This document shows, one piece after another, positions 11,956 to 26,100 of a stretch of DNA of 64,000 nucleotides (position 1 is its first letter; each line of letters opens with the position of its first letter). The translations under genes were made by a program, and so were the position numbers. The notes under the pieces are model-generated. The model was not told the origin of the DNA, did not search any database, and saw only the letters and a program-made list of their open reading frames with translations. Source of the stretch: Guillardia theta CCMP2712 (lineage: Eukaryota; Protista; Cryptophyta); assembly GCF_000315625.1 (NCBI RefSeq), contig NW_005434663.1, positions 310,001 to 374,000 of the forward strand, in the 5' to 3' direction.

Positions 11956-14900
11956 TCACGACATCTGGTAGGCTACCAACGCGTCGCATGTCTGCTGCCG
12001 CCGACAGATGTTGGCGAAGTCATCGATGAGCGCCTGCCGATGCTTATGAGGCTACATGAACGGGATGTAGGAAGGAGGGACGAAGGATCGATCGCACAAG
12101 GGATGGGCTAGGCAAGGAGGGAATGGAGCTGACCTGGTAGCGCCGGGGATTTCGCTCGACATTCATGTTGCCACTGAGGAACTGCTTCTACAGAGAAGAT
12201 CAGAGGCGACGGAGAGGAGGACAAGGAGCGGAGGAGGACCGGAGGACGATAGGAAGCGGAGGAGAGGAGAGGAAGAGGATCAGGAGCGGAGGAGGAGAGG
12301 AAGAGGATCAGGAGCGGAGGAGGAGAGGACGGACATTACCTTGGTGTCTTCATCGATGTCTTTTGCAGGAAAAGAGGGCCCGAAGAGAGAGTTCTGCAGC
12401 CAAGTCTACAGAAAGAGAGCGTGAGGGCTTGCAGGACCATGGCGAGGGCGAAGATGACGATCAGAGGGAGAGGAGGGCGACAAGGGGGAAATGGGGACGA
12501 GTAGCGGATGCAGGAGTAGAGATAAGCGGGAAGCAAGGGATTCAGGGAGGGGTCGGGAGTGAGGGAAGAGGTGGAACCTGATGCACGGAGCCAAACTTGG
12601 CGTTGAGGTGGAACAGAAGGTGGGCAAGTCGTACCCTAACAAAGTAGTGAGAGGAAGTGACGATCTCTCCTCCTCCTCCTCCTCCTCCTCCTCCTCCTCC
12701 TCCTCCCCGCTCTCGCTCTCAGCCCCTTGCTCCCCTGCCTCCTCCTCCTCCTCCTCCTCAAGTCTCACATAGCTTCCTTCGGTGCCGTTTCAGCCAGAGC
12801 GATGACCAAGTTCTGGACGAGGGACGAGCCGTTGGCTTCGAACCAATGAGACAGGAAGTTTTCAAAGCTGCAGGCACTTCAGGAGAGGAGACGAAGTAGG
12901 AGCGAAGATGGCAGGGGAAAGGTGTTTGAGGAGAGTGAAGAAAAGAGATATGCGAGAGGCGAGAGGAAAGGACTGCAAAGAAGTGAGGAGAATCAATGAG
13001 AAGAGAAGATTGGAGGAAACGAGAGGACGGGAGAGGTCAGGTGAGGGGACTGGAAGCGTTACTAGGGGCTGCTCGTGTTGACTACGCGCTCAAAGAAGCT
13101 CAGCACAGCCTGCAGGTCAGCGTCATCATGTGCAAGGGGAGCAAGATGAAGGTGGGAGGGAGAAGAAAAGGGAGGACAGAAGTTGCGGCAGCGAACTTTC
13201 ACCTGCACGGGATATTTCTCCCTCATCATCACAGTGACAAGTGCCAACTGAAAATGGCAGATTTCAACGAGGTGGAAAAACAAGTGGGACGATGGACCTG
13301 TAGAGTTGTTTGAAAGGAGGGTTGAGAGACGATGGCCTGGAACGATTTGGTGAGCCGGAAGCGAGCGAGGAGGAGGAGGAATTGCCTCAGGGCAGAAGAT
13401 GAGGTATCGATGACACATGTTGAAGAAGCAGGTGGTGAGATCTGGATTCGACTGTAAACAATGGTGAGCAAGAATGAAAGTGGAGGTGGCAAGGAGGGAA
13501 AGACGGGAGTGCGAAAAAGAGAATAGGAAGTTGAGAGTGTCAAGAGGAGGAGAGAGGAGGGGAGGAGGGGAGGAGGGGAGGAGGAGAGAGGGAGAGGAGG
13601 GAGGAGAGCAGAACAGAGAGCGGAAATGAGAAGAGCGGAAGGGAGGAGAAGATGGATCTCAGGAGGGGAGATGATGGCAAGGTCTTGAGTTTCAGGGAGG
13701 AGGAAACAATCGAACACCTCGTGTCCTTTGCTCTGAGCTATCTCAAACTTGACATGGCTGAGCTGATTGAACAACTCGCCGAACACCCGCGAAGCTCCTT
13801 CGATGCCCCCGAAGATCTCGACAGCTTCTTGAGCGAACTCGAGACACTTCTCGCTGTCATCATGCTCAGGCGCTCCTTCCCACTAGCTTCTCTCCCCACC
13901 TGTGCGAGCTGCGAAAGAGCGACGTTGTCAACTGGAAGAGATTCTCTACTGCTGGTTGGGTCCTGAGCTTCGCCTGTTTGATCGCCCGTATGAAGGAGCA
14001 GCTGATTGCTTCTGCTATGCTGCTGTCCCCCCCGAACCGATTTCCAAACGCCTCGAGAACTTCCCAGGCCTTGGAAATGACGGAGACGACGGGGTGAGGA
14101 CGTTGAGGGCAGGCCGAGAGCTGCTCTTCCCCCACCTCCAAGAACCTCACCGTCGCTCCCACCAAGTGGATGCAGGAAGCCGCCTCCACCAGCACGCTCG
14201 CCTTCACGAACCCAGGGTTGGAGCCGGTCTGATCGAGGATGTCAGCGAGGCGAGAGAGGAAGGGGGCCATAAGGATATCGAGGTTCGTTTCGATCGCAGG
14301 CACTTCGAGCACAGCGATCACTCTGCCCAGACTCTCCACCACGTCCTGCAGGATCTCCCGAGGGATCCTGTTCATCTCGCTCACGATGCCCTGAACCAGC
14401 TGCTGCACCAACGCCGGGTCGCGGAGGTGGAGACATCCCCTGGAGCAGACCTCCCGGAAGGCCCGAGCTCCGTACTCGCACGTGTCGGGGTTGACGAGAG
14501 AGGGGAGGACGTACTCGAGGGAGGGGCTCAGCAGGGAAGGATTCTGCGTGAGGCACCTCGAGTAGTTCTCTATGACCTTGAGGGACGAGGCGATGACCAG
14601 CTTGTGCTGCGGGATGGAGCGGGTGAAGATGAAGTGAGTCAGCAAGTTCGTCACTCCCGCTAGCACAGCTTGTCTCTCAGCGTTCCCCGTCAGAGTCGTG
14701 AGCTCCCCTCCAATGCAGGAGACCGCGAAAAGGATCCCCTCTACCACCTGCCAGCTGTTGTTCTGGTGCTTGGCGAGGAGCGAGCACAAGATCCCCAGGT
14801 TGTCTGCTTGCAGGCAGACAGAGCAGTTCTGCAGTGCGTCCTCGACCCTCCTCCTGTACATGTTGAAGTCGTCTGTATCCCCGCTGTCCCAGTCCTCGCA

Positions 14901-17021
14901 GTCTGCTGGATATAAAGCGCATCTGCCCAAGTTCGTCACTTTCGCACGTGCACTCGATTGCCGAATCACCGTGTGGCCAAAAGCTCGGAGAGGGAGGAGA
15001 AGATCTGTTTCTGAAGGAACTCATGCCTTTCTACCATCTCCACAGTCTGCCAGAAGAAGAAGGAGAGTCAATGTGGAGGCAGGAGATTCCATAATGAAAA
15101 GAGATTCCTTGATGGAAAGGAGGTTCAACACAAAGAAGAAAGGGAGTGAAAGCAAGGAGTGGAATGGTAATGAGGTTATGAATACCTGCAAGTCATCGAA
15201 ATATTCCATCGACACTTCTGATATCCCTGTTGTGAATTCGTCAAGTTCAGCTCCGAACAAACAGTGAGCATCGGAAGTCGTACATCTCAGGGTGCTCACT
15301 CAAGTAAAAAACACCAAAGATGGAGGGATACTCCGTCTTTATGAAGAGAGAAGATGCATACAGGAGTGAAGGTCAAGGTCGGAAAGATTACGAAATATCA
15401 TGAGAGAAGAGAGTGGAGGTACATGGGTCAGCATGGTAGGGGACGAGCACTGGGGTTGCAGAGGAAGTTTCGGCAGTTATCACCTCTGTTCTTGTGTGCA
15501 CAAAGCTCCAGCATCACGTTGGCTATCGCAAGGGTCTCTCCCTATCCATCATACTCAGTATTCGCCATATGTCTGAGCATATTCCCCACCTTCCCGCTGG
15601 CCATCAGCGATGGTCTCCTCAGCATTAGGGCCCTTCCAAGGTTGCAGAACCCCTGCCCATGTCCACTGCGTCAGCTGCAAGGGGCAGGAGAGAGCTCTCC
15701 AGCCTCACATCGCAGAACGAGTCGTTGTTTGACATGATGGCGTTGTGAAGCAGCGGCTGTAGCTGCGCCATGTCTGCTACCACCTCGAGTATCACCTGCC
15801 CCCCAGCAGTCAGCGGCTCCTGCCCACGTTCCCTCCTGCTGCTTCCTGCACCTGCTCCGGCTCCGGCGGATGCGTCTCATTCACAACAGCCGACTCGAAC
15901 AGCTCGAGAGCCTCCTGCACCGCCATGGCAGAGGTCAGGCAGGCAGGCTCCACCGACTCGCCGTCGCACTCACCTTCCCAACGACAGGAGAGGAGGTGAG
16001 TTGCTTCACCTGGGAGGAGAGGTCACCGACGTTGAGAGCACAGCAAGACAGACAACCATCGGGTAGATTGGGAGCTCCTTGAGGTTCGAGAGGGTCAGCC
16101 CGAACTTGCACCACCCTGACAGGGCCTGGCCAACTTGGTGTCAACATGGCACTTGAACCTCCTGCGCCTTCAAGACCTGCAGGCTTCTCTTCATCAAGTC
16201 CTCTCGGTTCGACATGGCGAGGATCGACTATCGTAATCAGTCAACGAGTCACCATTGCGATCCTCACGGAGGTTCCCAAACCTGCAGCAGCGCGACCACA
16301 TGGGATAGAAGCTGCGCAAGCTCCCCCAACGCCTTGTCCTGCCTGGCCCTCGTGACGCTCCACCTGTGTGCTGATCAGCAATGACGGCAGATGTCTTATC
16401 GCCGACCTGTCCCACTCCTGAGGGAGCAGCAAGAAGAACTCGAGCGCTATCTCAGGCTGCAACGACAGGAAGTTGGGGTTGTCAAGCATCATGGCCTTCA
16501 GCTGCCCTTCTGTCTTGGTCAGCTGCAGCCCCAGCTCCACCAGAGCAAGCGAGATCTTGGTTAGGATCTGGGGGTTTCCGGCTGATGCTGTGTTGAGGAA
16601 GACGAGGATGGCATTGAGCAGATGTGACTGGTGAGCTTGCAGTTAGCATGCTAAGCCCAAAGCTCTCATGGAAGCTGTTTACAGAGAATTCGGTGGAGAG
16701 ATCTTCTGAGTCGTTCTTCATCTTTTGGTGGAGCGTGTTGGCAGCAAAGAACTTGACCTCCTGCCGAGAGGACTGCAAAAGCCCGATGGAAATTTCCCAT
16801 GCCGACTAGAAATCCTTGCTGTCAGAACCTCTCGAGGCCATGCAGCACTATTACCTTGGTCTGCATGAACTCCACGAGCCACGCGTTTGCTTGCACGACA
16901 TTCGTCGGGTTCGTGTAGAAAGATATCACCGCATTCTCCACTTCCTGGACGGTGTACGCATGTCCGGCTGAGAAAATTGTCTCAGTTCCATCGACCACGT
17001 GACAACTCGGCTACCTTGCAT
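11956..17021 (-). CDS. Importin-beta family karyopherin (transportin-3/Mtr10/importin-13-like), multi-exon
   Basis: IBN_N-type AWLVEFMQ and EVKFFAANTLHQKMK. HEAT-like exon 13866-14969 (FNMYRRRVEDAL, WQVVEGILFAVSCIG, YGARAFREVC). Last exon ALIDDFANICRRQQTCDALVAYQMS* ends 11956. Confidence 0.85.
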
Positions 17022-17536
17022 GGCCGCTGCAGGAAGGAGGAACCTGAGCCCCAAAAGGTAAGGGATCTTCATCGCAAACAACTCAAGGATGAAAAGCTTT
17101 CCAGCACTCCAAGCACGCAGCAGTGAAAACTCACCTTGACGACTGCAAACTCCAGGCCTCGCCTCCTCTTACCCCTTGTTTCACCTGGATCTCTGTGACG
17201 AGCGCTGCTTCCTCCCTCCAGTTGTGTTGCCAACCAACTTTCACACACACGAACTGTCAGCTTCAAGTTCTTCCTGCCCTGCTCCTTCTCCCCCCACCCC
17301 CCTCATCCCGCTCCTTTCCCCTTGCCGCCATGGCGAGGTGTCCTTGGAAGGTTCCCGATCTCTGCTCTCCGGATGGTATCCGGCGAAAAATCGTAACTTC
17401 TGGCCCGGCGGCCCGAGTCCGCCGGGAGTCCCGGGCCGGGCCTGCGGCTAGTTGAGGTGACTCGATAAATTCGGCACAAGAGCTGAGCCTGACGATTTAT
17501 TGATGAAGCTACTGAGAGCTCGCAAGCTCGTCTATC

Positions 17537-20155
17537 TCAAGGCTTCAGAGGTTGACTGTTGACTCGGATCCACTGGTATGAAAGCGTCAGAACTTAAGAC
17601 AAGTGAAACTTCTAGTCACTGAGATGCCGCACCTTGGGGCTGCTGCGAAAGGTGGAGATGAAGTGCTCGTCTTGGGTAACGGATTTGACATGTCCGAGGG
17701 GCAGGAAGCATGAGACGAACGTCCCTGTCCCGAGAACTCAACAAAGCGATTGGGGGAAGTCAATCATCAGCCATACCAACAAGGGGATAGCCGTCGGTGA
17801 GAAGCTTTTCAGCATGAGGCAACTCGAAATGGTTAAAGCATCGAGAATCCTTTGTTCTCGCCTCGTACTGCTCGTCTGCCTCCATGACGATCTACAAAGG
17901 ATGTGTCAGAAGTATCGAAGAATAACGCGGATGACTCGGATACCATGTTCGCTGGCAGCAACCTCGAAAGCTCATCTTGCAGTTTAGAACCATTCTGCAC
18001 CTAACGCTGGACAATCAGTTTGCTCCCAAAAGGTATAAGAGTTCCACCGAAACAAACAACTGGTCTCGGCAATTTGTCGCAAGGAATGGGATAAGGTAAG
18101 GCCAACATCCTGAACCATAGCATTGCCATCATCAGTGGTGAAATCCTAAAAGATTTCATTCACCGTCCAAGTTCGCAGACGATTCCAGGCGGATCGTTGT
18201 GAACAAGCCCAAAGGAACTCGCTATCATTCTTGTCAGTAGTACCTTCCACCACCTGCCGATGCCTCGCCTGCAGTCCGAACAGACATAGCCGTTGACCAT
18301 AGCCCAGGTGAGGGCCTTGGCTTGCATCAGCCAGGTACTTCAGGAGCACTGCAAGCACGGGTCTGAGTTTGAGTGGCGACAAGGCACAAGCTTACGAATG
18401 CAGTATCCCCGCAAGACGTCGCAGCGAATGTGTTGGAGGATCTGGGACGAGGATCAACTCATGGAGACAGTTTCAAGGCACACTGACATCTGCAAAGTAA
18501 ACCATGTCCTTGGGTACCATACTCAAATCAACTTTCTTTAGATAATCCTTCTCGTATGTGCTGTTGTACGAAGGTGTCGGCGAAGGGATCACCATAGGGA
18601 ATCTTGTAAAATCGTGAATGATTGCTCTCGGCGGGAACTCCCCGAAACATTCTCCATCTTGAGGACGCGCTTGACAGGAGAGCGCTGGGTTTTCTGGCGT
18701 GCCTTGCGTGTAAACAACCATTGCACATTTCTCCCACAGTTGAAGCCCTGTCGCCATGTCGGCATTGACAGAAAGGGAAATCGGTTGAGTTTTGCGCAAC
18801 CATTGAGCAATCTCTTCTATCTTCTCCTTGCTCGCGATCTCTGAAGGAGTCAAGGAAGTGAAGTCGAGGTACACCTCTCGCCAGTTCTCTTCAATGTCAT
18901 CGGGAAGCGAATCATTGATTCGAAACGACACCGGAACGCCCTTGAGTTGAGAATACACTTGACTCCTATAACCACCATTCAGGTCCGAGACGAAAGCAGA
19001 GAACTCTTTCGCTTCGATCGCTTCAAGAGCGGAATTCACATGTTTTGAGTTTGAAAAGATACTGGAAACCGTCTTCTCGCCCTCATGATCAGCGGATATG
19101 GGAGCAACCACGTGCCTCAGCGCTGTGCATTGTCCAGAATTCTCGATGCATGCAGACATCCTTATCGCTTCCTGGACCTCATTTGTAAGTTTTGTCGCAA
19201 TCATGGTGTTTGGACCACCAGTGCTGGCAAGCGTCTTCGGCGAAATCTTCTTGATCTCTCTCGCAACTTCTCGACTCCCCGTAAAGTGGGTGGGGGAGGA
19301 CGGGAACATGGAGAGCAGCTTCTGCTGATTGGCCAGTGTCAGAGAAGCAAAGGTGACCAGCTCCAAGGGAACACGGTGCTTCCGCATCAGTTGCAGGAGC
19401 AGCTGAGTCCACCGGAAAGAATGCTGCTGGGTGTTACCGCGCGACAGGACGACCACGGGGATCCCGAACTCAATGTTGCGAACAACCTTGCGGAACAGGT
19501 CGAGGAAGTTGGAGAAGTTGCTCACGCAAGACACAAAGACAGGGTCCCTTCGGACGGAAATCATGCCCTTGGAGTGGTCCTCAAGGAGCAAGTCAGCAAG
19601 CCGCCTCTCCACCTTGTTGGCCTGCGCCGATTCCTCGATCTCAGTGATTCCGTCCTGCTTTCCAAAGTCGATCGATTGATTCCCAACAAGAATGGCTGCC
19701 GTGTCCAGGTCCAGCAGGTCTGCTTCCAGCTGTCTGACGGCCTCCATCAGCTCCTTGCACTTGGATACATCCTCGTACCCCAGAGCTGACGTCGACAAGT
19801 GCTCTCGGATCGCATCAAAGGCCTCTTCATCCCCAAGGATTTGCTTCCCATTGACATTGCCGATCGCATTTGTCGTGTCGGTCTCGACTCCGTTGAGGAA
19901 GTCCTTCCCCTTCACGATGGTTCGGATTGGATCCTTATGCCACAGGTGCTCGTCGAACTTCTTCATGTAATCTATTGTTCTCTCCCTGAGACCTGCGGAG
20001 TCGAAGGCTGGTGGATTCCCGAAAGCTGACTTGTAGGCTGACGTACCAAAGTTGTAGAATCGCTTGCCAGCATGACTTAGCCGAAAGACCGCAGCTGCAC
20101 CGGACGACGACGACCTCGAGAGATTTACAAGAAGCATTGAGCTGCTTGAATGCAT
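17537..20155 (-). CDS. Aldehyde dehydrogenase-superfamily protein, divergent, probable mitochondrial presequence
   Basis: HFTGSREVA, LASTGGPN, ENSGQCTA in ORF 18473-20407. Likely start MHSSSSMLL (20155) with S/R-rich leader. Spliced C-terminus ..SSPK|WIRVNSQPLKP* ends 17537. Confidence 0.8.
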
Positions 20156-20228
20156 GGGTTTCAAGATAACACACTTCGAGGGCCCCTTGTTTGCTCCTCC
20201 TTCTCTCCTACCTTCTAGATCTCCCCCC

Positions 20229-20329
20229 TCTCTCTCCTCTCTCCTCTCTCCTCTCTCCTCTCTCCTCTCTCCTCTCTCCTCTCTCCTCTCTCCTCTCTCC
20301 TCTCTCCTCTCTCCTCTCTCCTCTCTCCC
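20229..20329. repeat. (TCTCTCC)n 7-bp tandem repeat, ~14 copies
   Basis: Directly visible; lies upstream of the ALDH start and inflates the ORF N-terminus. Confidence 0.9.
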
Positions 20330-20779
20330 TGCTCTTAGCTGTCTTGCATTCCTTCGCTTTCCCCCTCCTCTCCCGATCCGCCCAGATCCTGTTCCCTCGC
20401 AACACAAACTTGCTGAGACCTCTTCCCCGCGCTGACCCTACCTTCGAGCGCACTCGGAGGCGGACCCGGCATTTGTAAAAGTATTTTTAAAAAGTCATTG
20501 ACTTGTTTTTTTTAAGGTGTTCAGGAGAGGGTAGGGGGTGGTATGAAAATGACCACCAGGCCCACCAGATGGTTAAACTAGGGTGCGTTTGAGGTAAAGA
20601 TGAAGGGTACTTGTGCTGTAGTACCCCAGTGGGGTGGTCGACTGCACCCAAAGATGGAAGCACTCGCACCGTAAATTCCCCTTTCTCGTTCCAAGGAGTC
20701 CTCCTCCTCCCTTCCGGCCTTGAGCATCTACTATCACCTTGGTTCCTCTCCTGCTCTCTAGTCAACCTTCCTCTCGGAC

Positions 20780-23128
20780 ATGCTGCAAGCGTTGCTCTTG
20801 CTTCACATCTTGGTTCCTTCGGTCTTGGCCGTACCTCGTGATCTCACTTGCGACATGGCTCTGACTCCAGGAGCCGGCTATTCACCGCATGGAGCAGTGC
20901 AGGAGAGTACAGCAGCGTCCATTCGTCTATCTTCGGGCGGCTCTGATATCGCATGCGGACAGTCTGTGGATGCTGGCTCGCAGCTGAGCTTGTCGTTCTC
21001 GTCTCCGACTCGTCAGTATCTCGTCGAGGTTGTGACCTCCACCTCTTCCTCCCCGTTGCAAGGAGGACGCTGCTCAGGAACGCGACTAAACAACCAGGTA
21101 GCGGCCGTGACGATCCCCAAGGATGGCACGATTACGGTCCGAGCTGCCTGGTCGAGCTCGCGTTCATCGCCCATCTACAGGAGCGCAGACTGCGTCTACA
21201 CCGTCAAGATGCCGGGATGCTCAACACCAGGGACATACCTCGACAACGGGTCTGATCCCCTTCCCTCATCGCATGCCTTTCTTTCTGCTTCCCTCACTTG
21301 CTCTCTCTGCTTCTTCAACCTCAACCTCTCAGTTCTGATGAACCGTCGCAGGCAGTGTGCAGATTGTCCAGCGTTCTCAACCTCTCCTGCCATGAGCACG
21401 TCGATATCGGCCTGCCAGTGTGTATCAGGATATACTCCAGCATCATCGGGCACTTGCAACGCCTGTCCCAAGGGAACTTACAAGTCGACCGTCGGATCCG
21501 ATGCTTGCACCGAGTGCCCCGCAGGATCTTTCTCGCACACCACGGCCGCAACTGCTCAGACTGCATGCACTCTTTGTCGTGACCCTTGTGCTGCTGGGGA
21601 GAAGGAGATCGTAGCATGTGAGGGAAGGAGGGGAGGAGCCGGGAGAAGCTGACCTCTGAACAGGCACGGCTACAACCAATCGTGTCTGCATCCCTGCCAA
21701 GTGAGTCTGAGGAACCTACGACGTTGGGCCGGTAATTGACAGACTCTTGGCTGGCAGCTGCACCGCATGCGCGACTGGGGAGTACCTTACCAACTGCAAC
21801 AGCGCAAGCTCCAGTGGTAGGCGAAGGGTTCTAGGGGGCTGGGAGGTGACATGAGTTGGGCAGGAGGCACCTGCGTCAAATGTGAAAAGTGCAACGGAGG
21901 AGAATATCGAGAAGGTAGAAGGCATGCTGCTTGTGAGGGGCTCAACGAAGCTCGCAGGATGTGCTGGCATATCTGCTGGGGAGTGCAAGGCTTGCACAGC
22001 TGTGAGTTGCAGAGAGGGGGGAGGAGGACGAATTCATGGATTCACAGGGATACTATTCCACTGGCGCAGAGTACACGGACTCATGTCTCCCTTGTTCAGG
22101 TCGATTTCTTGACGTGAGAGGTTGAAGAGTTTGTGACGAGATCGGCAGTTTGCAAGTCGAATGAGATTGCACAAGGAACGTGCTTGGTGTCGGATCAAGT
22201 TTGCACGACAACGTCAGTGAAGCCCTCAAGCAAGCACGTCCTTTGTGATGTTTCTTGACAGTGTCGCCGCCAAGAACATCACCTATGATGTCGTCTTCAC
22301 TGTACAGCTTCCCATGTCCTCCGGCAAGTTCACACAAGGTTTGAGGACTTTCACAATGGTGTGTCATAAAGGCCTGACCATGGGGTCGAGTAGAAATGCA
22401 GAAGAGTTTCATCTCTGCCGTCACCATCACAGTCGAGACTGTCGAGACCAATGTGGGTTGCCACCAGCTGCTGATCTCTGTCTGACTGTCCACGGCAGGT
22501 CAAGATCACGAAAGTCTCGAACCTCGTCTCAGGGTAAGAAGTTGATGTGACACGGCGGAAGCTTTGCTCCTTCTTGCCATTCAAGTGGAATGCAGGACGG
22601 GACAAGGAAGCATCATCGTGGAGTGCAAGGTACCTGAGCTTGCTTGTTAGCCTTCACCGCCGTGACTCGGCACTACAGGTGCTCTGTCACGACGAAGGCG
22701 AATCAAAGACGGTAAAGATATGTTCGATTGATCTGCTTTGATCGGAGACAATGATCGAAATATGATGATATGCCTGCCAGATTACAGCAAAGTTGACGAG
22801 CAAACGTCTCAACTCCAACTTGAGGAGCGCGGTGAGGGAGGGAGGAGGAGTAGTTTTTGTTGTTGTTGTTTCTGTCTGATCCAACCGACGAGCAGGGGCT
22901 TCCCGATGCGGTCTTGCTATCTGTTGGACTTACAAGTATGCTTTTCTCTTCTCTCTCCCGCTGCCTCTGACATGCTGAATCAGGCTCGTCTAGTCGCTTG
23001 TCGTCGTCATGGGTAAGAAATAAGAGCTAAGAGCTTCTCTGTGTGAGATTGACATCTGTTTCCTACAGAATCTGCTCGTGTTGGCCGTCTCTGTTGTTTA
23101 CGCTACCAGGATGATCTGTAATTTGTGA
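20780..23128 (+). CDS. Cell-surface protein: signal peptide, Reeler-like domain, GCC2/GCC3 (ephrin-receptor-like) and TNFR-like Cys-rich repeats, C-terminal hydrophobic anchor
   Basis: MLQALLLLHILVPSVLA; QYLVEV..GGRCSGTR..ITVRAAW; CADCPAFSTSPAMSTSISACQC, CNACPKGTYKSTVGSDACTECPAGS. Last exon NLLVLAVSVVYATRMICNL*. Confidence 0.75.
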
Positions 23129-23139
23129 TGATTAAGAAT

Positions 23140-26100
23140 GTAAATAGTTTTTCTTGTATCGCTGGCTCCTGGCTGGTGGCCTTCAATCTGAATGTTGAAG
23201 AATGACCGAAGGACAATTCTCACTCTAGTCCATGTTACTTCAGAGTCCAAAGTGGGATCTCAACCTTCATGGTGTTCTTCCAATGACAATTTCTTTACAT
23301 AACGACACTTTATACAACTTCTTCCTAGCAGCATCTGCAGCATGCAGACGATACTTGAAGCACAACCGCAAGGATTTGTGCTCACGTTCTGACAGCTGCC
23401 CCGTCTCATGTCAAACTTGACTGTGATCGACTTGCACGTTCAAGTGAGTTGCATCCTTGTGGCGAAGAACTTCAACCTTTGAGTCAACCCAGCTGTGTTG
23501 ACTTCAGCAGCAGACGACCAGAGAGCAGGAGGCAGTGGTGGTGAAGGCGAGACGAGGGAGTATGAGAGAGGACTGCGAGGAAGCGAAGGAAAATGGGAAA
23601 GGATAGAGGACGAGGAGGATGAGGACGATTGGGAGGAGGAGATGGATGGGGAGGAGGAGGAGGAGAGTGAGGCGAGAGAGGGAGAGGGATAAGGAGGAGG
23701 ATGATAACGGGAGAAGAAGAGGAGGAGGACGTGGAGGATGACAGAATGATCACGTTAGAGACTTGTGGCGAGCGAACCCGAGGAGGCTCCAGAGGCAGAA
23801 TGTGAGGAGATTCATCCCTTGAGCCGCCACGTCAGAAGCCTCCGCCCTCCTCTCAACCTCCTCACCCGCGTTGAAGAACCAAACTTGCATGGTGTACTCG
23901 GTGACTGAGCCCTTGAACTAGAGCAGCGGCAGTTCAGATCAAGAGGACGTTGGAGGATGTACCTTGACATTGTACCCTCCCAGATGCATGTTCTCCGGAA
24001 GATGCACTTTCCTCATGAATCTGCGACCAGGTGTCAGGTTTCAGATGGGAGAGGGAGGGAGAGAGGGGGGAAGAGGGAGGGAGGGCGATGGGGAGGGAGG
24101 GAGAGGGAGCGCCAGGGAGAGGAAGGGAGAGAGAGAGGGAGGGCAGGGGGGAGGGAGAGGAACGGAGGGAGAGGGAGAGGGAAGGGAGAGGAAGGAAGAG
24201 GAAGGGAGAGGTGTAGACATACCTGATGAAGAGCCATGGTTCGAGAAGGCCGACAGTGCAGACGGAGAGGATGGCGACAAGATATCGCTCGTAGCTCAAG
24301 TCGCACTCACCTCTGTAGACGTTGAAGACAGCCTGTGAGAAGAAGCACACGTAAGAGGGGAGGAAGTGAGGAAGAGGGAGGGGGGAAGGGAGGGAGGGAG
24401 GGAGGGAGGGAGGGAGGGAGGGAGGGAGGGGAGGGAGGGAGGGGAGGGAGGGAGGGAGGGGAGGAAATTCAGGAAAGGGAGCGGAGGTAGTGAATAGGAG
24501 GGCTGTCATGCCTTTCGCCGCATGCATTCGAATCGAAGCACTTCGCCCTGGGAGGTGTAGGGAGGGATAAGCATCTCCCTTGACTTGAGAACGTCGAGCA
24601 TCGCGCTAGTTCCTGCAGCAGGTCTCAACGAGCTTCTTGGCAGCAGCTGAGGACCTGGCAAGGCTTCCTGTTGGGGGGCAGGTGACGGCCAGCGATTTAG
24701 TGGGGAGCAGAGTGAAGGAGAGATGAGAAGTTGGAGGAGAGGTGAGAAGGTGGAGGAGAGGTGAGAAGGTGGAGGAGAGGTGAGAAGGAAGCGGAGGGGA
24801 GAAGGAGAGATCGAGATGGTCGGACCTGCTTCTTCGTCATCGTTGTCGACACGGCCATTCCTTCTCCTCGTCATGTTTCGGCCACCACCAACAGCAGACG
24901 CACCAGTCAGAGCTCGCTGGACTGACGTCTTGTCTGCTGTCCTCCCATCAACTCGGACGATCACATCCCCAACCAGCAGCTGCCCTGTAGCTCACATCAC
25001 ATCAGGGAGGAAGCAGACTGGTCATGGTCGACACCGCTCTCTGCCGCTGATCCTCCCTCAACGATGTACTTCACCTCGCAAGATTTGCTGCTCTCCTGCC
25101 AGCTCGTTCAAACTTCACAACCCACTCGCACTCTCAAGGCGGGAGGTCGAGCTACCACGTCGGGGTCTTCGTCCACAGCGAGGATAAGGCCAAGGGTGGA
25201 GACTGAGTTGTCAGCCCAGCAGATGTTCTCGTCAAACCACTGGGCCTCCTTGAAAGCTGCGTCTGAGCAGACCCTGTGAAGACCTAAGGTGGTGATGAAC
25301 AGGATGAAGTTCTTGAGCCACAGCCTGCCGAACTCTCCCTCCCGCAACCCGCTCCTCCCCTTGAACTTGGGCTGCTTGTTCAGCCACAGGGATCGCTCGA
25401 TCCGCTGCCGGGCGATGGCGACTTTGACCCAGGGCTTGAAGAGGAGAGGGAGGGAGGAGAGAATCATGAGGTAGCCCGAGAGGGTTTCTTTGGTGAGGAG
25501 GAGGACGATGAGGGTGATGAGACCGGCGGGAGGGAATATTTCGACGACGAGGTTCGACACGGTGAGGACGATGTCTTGTCTGACCGCGTTGTGATGGAAC
25601 TTGAGAAGCATCGTCCTATCCGCGAACGTGGGGAGTTTGGAGCTCTTGCTCTTCTTCTCCACCTGCAGCTCGAAGATCCTCTCGTTGAAGTACGAGGTCG
25701 ATGCAGCGACTCCTTGCGTCACGGTCCCGTCCCTGCTCATCAGCTTCTGCGTCAGCTTCTTGCTCCCCAGCACGTTCTGGAGGTGCTTGTCGTGGATAGC
25801 GTGCTGCAGGTCGAGGCTCGCTTGCTCGAGATGCCGCGACCGGATCTCCTTCTTCTGGTCGATGGTGCACAGCCGCTCGAGCTCTACCGCCTGGTTGTTG
25901 GCGATCTCGAGGGTCCGGATGAAGTTGTTGTAGGCAGCGTTCTTGAGCGTCAGCTCCCAAGTCCTCGCCTCCTCTTCCGTGTCTGCCAGCACCACGATGC
26001 TCCTCGCGTCCACCGTCCCTCGGATCCAGATGGCGTACGGCTCGAAGACTACAGGCCGTCCGTCGAAGTAGGTGCTCAAGGAGCTGGCCAGTCTGCGGGC

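Noticed and set aside
12189-12200. ACAGAGAAGAT resembling the U6 ACAGAGA box
   Set aside because: Flanks do not match U6, and it lies within the importin gene.
20156-20407. REERGER N-terminal extension of the ALDH ORF
   Set aside because: It is the translation of a 7-bp microsatellite upstream of the likely ATG.
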